Shown: positions 62,876 through 64,000 of the stretch, in pieces | How the letters are laid out: each line of letters starts with the position of its first letter | Numbering within the stretch: position 1 is the first letter of the stretch | NCBI GenBank assembly: GCA_963729625.1 | Contig: CAVSOU010000005.1 | Coordinates: forward strand, 12,302-76,301 | From: an uncultured bacterium | GTDB lineage: Bacteria > Chloroflexota > UBA5177 > JANWHV01 | Direction of reading: 5' to 3' | Length of the DNA stretch: 64,000 nucleotides | Made by a program: the position numbers and the translations under genes | The notes under the pieces: model-generated | Database searches by the model: none | What the model saw: only the letters and a program-made list of their open reading frames with translations | Told to the model about the DNA's origin: nothing

Positions 62876-63952
62876 TTACTTCTTGCCCTTCGGGGCAGGC
62901 CTGAGCGAGTTGTAGATGGCTTCGATGAACTTGTCGGTCGTCCAGAAGCCCGTGGTCGCGCCGAATCGACCGTCGTAGTCGGACGAAGGCTTGGCGGCCT
63001 TGACCTGGTCGAGGGTCTTGCCGGCCTTGATGAGCACCGCGACGCGGTCACGGATGATCGTGAGCATATCGCGGTATTCGACCAGGTCGGACTGGTCGCC
63101 GATGCGGCCGTGGCCCGGGATGATCAGCGTGCCGCCTTCCTGCTGGTGGTCGGGAACCGCGTAGTCGATGATGTCGTTCACCGCAGCCAGCACGCCATTG
63201 ATGTTGCCGCCATTGGCGGTGTCGATCACCGGGTACATGTCGGTGAAGTAGAGGTCGCCGGTCGCCACCACGTCGGAGCGCCGGAAGCTGACCCAGTAGT
63301 CGCCATCGGTGTGCGCGTTCTTCGGGTGCACCATCTGCACGGCCTCGCCGTTGAAGTGCAGGCTGTAGATGGGCTCGAGGTGCGTCTCGGAAGGCCACAA
63401 CTCGCGGTCGGCCTTGAAGCCGCCCGGGCCCTTCGCGTCGGGCTCGGTCATGTAGATCATCACCGTCTCGTGCGCCATGACAGTCGCGCCGGTCGGGATA
63501 TTGCCGCGATCGCGCACCACGTTGCCGTCGAGGATGGTGTCACCGGCCTTGCGGATCACCTCGTTGCCGCCGGTGTGGTCGGCATGCAGGTGGGTGTTGA
63601 TCACGTAACGGATCGGCTTGTCGCCGGCGAGCTTCTTGATCGCCGCGAGCAGCTGCTCGGCGAGCGGGCGGATGCCGGTGTCGACCACCAACACGCCTTC
63701 ATCACCGAGCTGCACGACCACGTTCGAGGGCTCGCCCGTCATCGGCCAGACGTTGCCGGCGACGTGGTAGGGCACGATCTCGACGGCCGGGCGGGCCGCA
63801 GGCGCGGCGCCCGCGGGAGTGGCGGGCTCGGCCGCGAGGGCCGTGCCACCGGCCAGGGCCGCGACGAGGCCAAGGAGGCTCAGCGCCGAAGCCTTGCGAT
63901 TGCCGTGCATGCTGCACTCCATACCAGTATTGATTGCGTTGGATCGGGTCAT
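62876..63952 (-). CDS. secreted metallo-beta-lactamase-fold hydrolase
   Basis: Signal peptide ...ASALSLLGLVAALAGGTALA, VLVVDTG, YVINTHLHADHTGGN (HxHxDH), AHTDGD, IIPGHG. The true start is probably the MHG... codon near 63910. Confidence 0.85.
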   Translation of the reverse strand: MTRSNAINTGMECSMHGNRKASALSLLGLVAALAGGTALAAEPATPAGAAPAARPAVEIVPYHVAGNVWPMTGEPSNVVVQLGDEGVLVVDTGIRPLAEQLLAAIKKLAGDKPIRYVINTHLHADHTGGNEVIRKAGDTILDGNVVRDRGNIPTGATVMAHETVMIYMTEPDAKGPGGFKADRELWPSETHLEPIYSLHFNGEAVQMVHPKNAHTDGDYWVSFRRSDVVATGDLYFTDMYPVIDTANGGNINGVLAAVNDIIDYAVPDHQQEGGTLIIPGHGRIGDQSDLVEYRDMLTIIRDRVAVLIKAGKTLDQVKAAKPSSDYDGRFGATTGFWTTDKFIEAIYNSLRPAPKGKK

Positions 63953-63965
63953 GGCGTTGCCTGCT

Positions 63966-64000
63966 TACTTCTTCTTCGCCGGCTTCTTGGCCGAGGCTTG
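63966..64000 (-). CDS. 3' end of an unidentified gene running off the window (Lys-rich C-terminus)
   Basis: The reverse complement reads ...QASAKKPAKKK-stop. Too short to classify. Confidence 0.25.

Noticed and set aside
1-64000. CRISPR arrays, tRNA/rRNA genes, prophage structural genes, recognisable defence systems (RM, CBASS, Gabija and others)
   Set aside because: I scanned for regularly spaced short repeats, cloverleaf-like GC-rich 75-nt units at island borders, and hallmark motifs. None was seen. The only repeats are the ACP duplication, the IS inverted repeats and the yicC-end triplet.

Overview
High-GC proteobacterial chromosome segment; the gene order suggests Gamma- or Betaproteobacteria. 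All family calls come from reading translated motifs by eye; no searches were run.

Left core (1-13 kb): dgt-like, aroB, aroK, an Ig-repeat lipoprotein, pilQ-P-O-N-M, divergent mrcA/ponA, and a conserved hypothetical gene.

Right core (51.8-64 kb): gltA, rpmE, hemW-rdgB, rph, a PP2C phosphatase, yicC, two small toxin-antitoxin islets bounded by three copies of the yicC 3' end, a secreted protein and a secreted MBL-fold hydrolase.

Between them lies a lower-GC accessory block of about 38 kb (13.1-51.3 kb). It starts with a type I PKS (T-KS-AT-T-T), an NRPS (C-A-extra A-sub-T), two unrelated alpha/beta-hydrolases joined by ATGA overlaps, and a GNAT/FemAB-like gene. A Wzx/Wzy-type exopolysaccharide locus follows: several GT4 and GT2 glycosyltransferases, a NodB deacetylase, an FGE-like gene, a Tat-signal beta-helix protein, a GtrB-GtrA fusion plus GT-C transferase, a methyltransferase, an acyltransferase-3, and an export set resembling EpsE/EpsF/EpsG/EpsL of exosortase-A (PEP-CTERM) loci. 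Decayed IS elements (IS481, IS3, IS66) interrupt it. No exosortase and no priming phosphoglycosyl transferase was found in the window.

Many genes (pilMNOPQ, mrcA, parts of the PKS, many EPS genes, all IS copies) carry multiple frameshifts or apparent in-frame stops. Neighbouring genes up to 3.5 kb long are intact. This patchiness is either mosaic assembly or polishing error, or real gene decay.

No tRNA, rRNA or CRISPR array was recognised.
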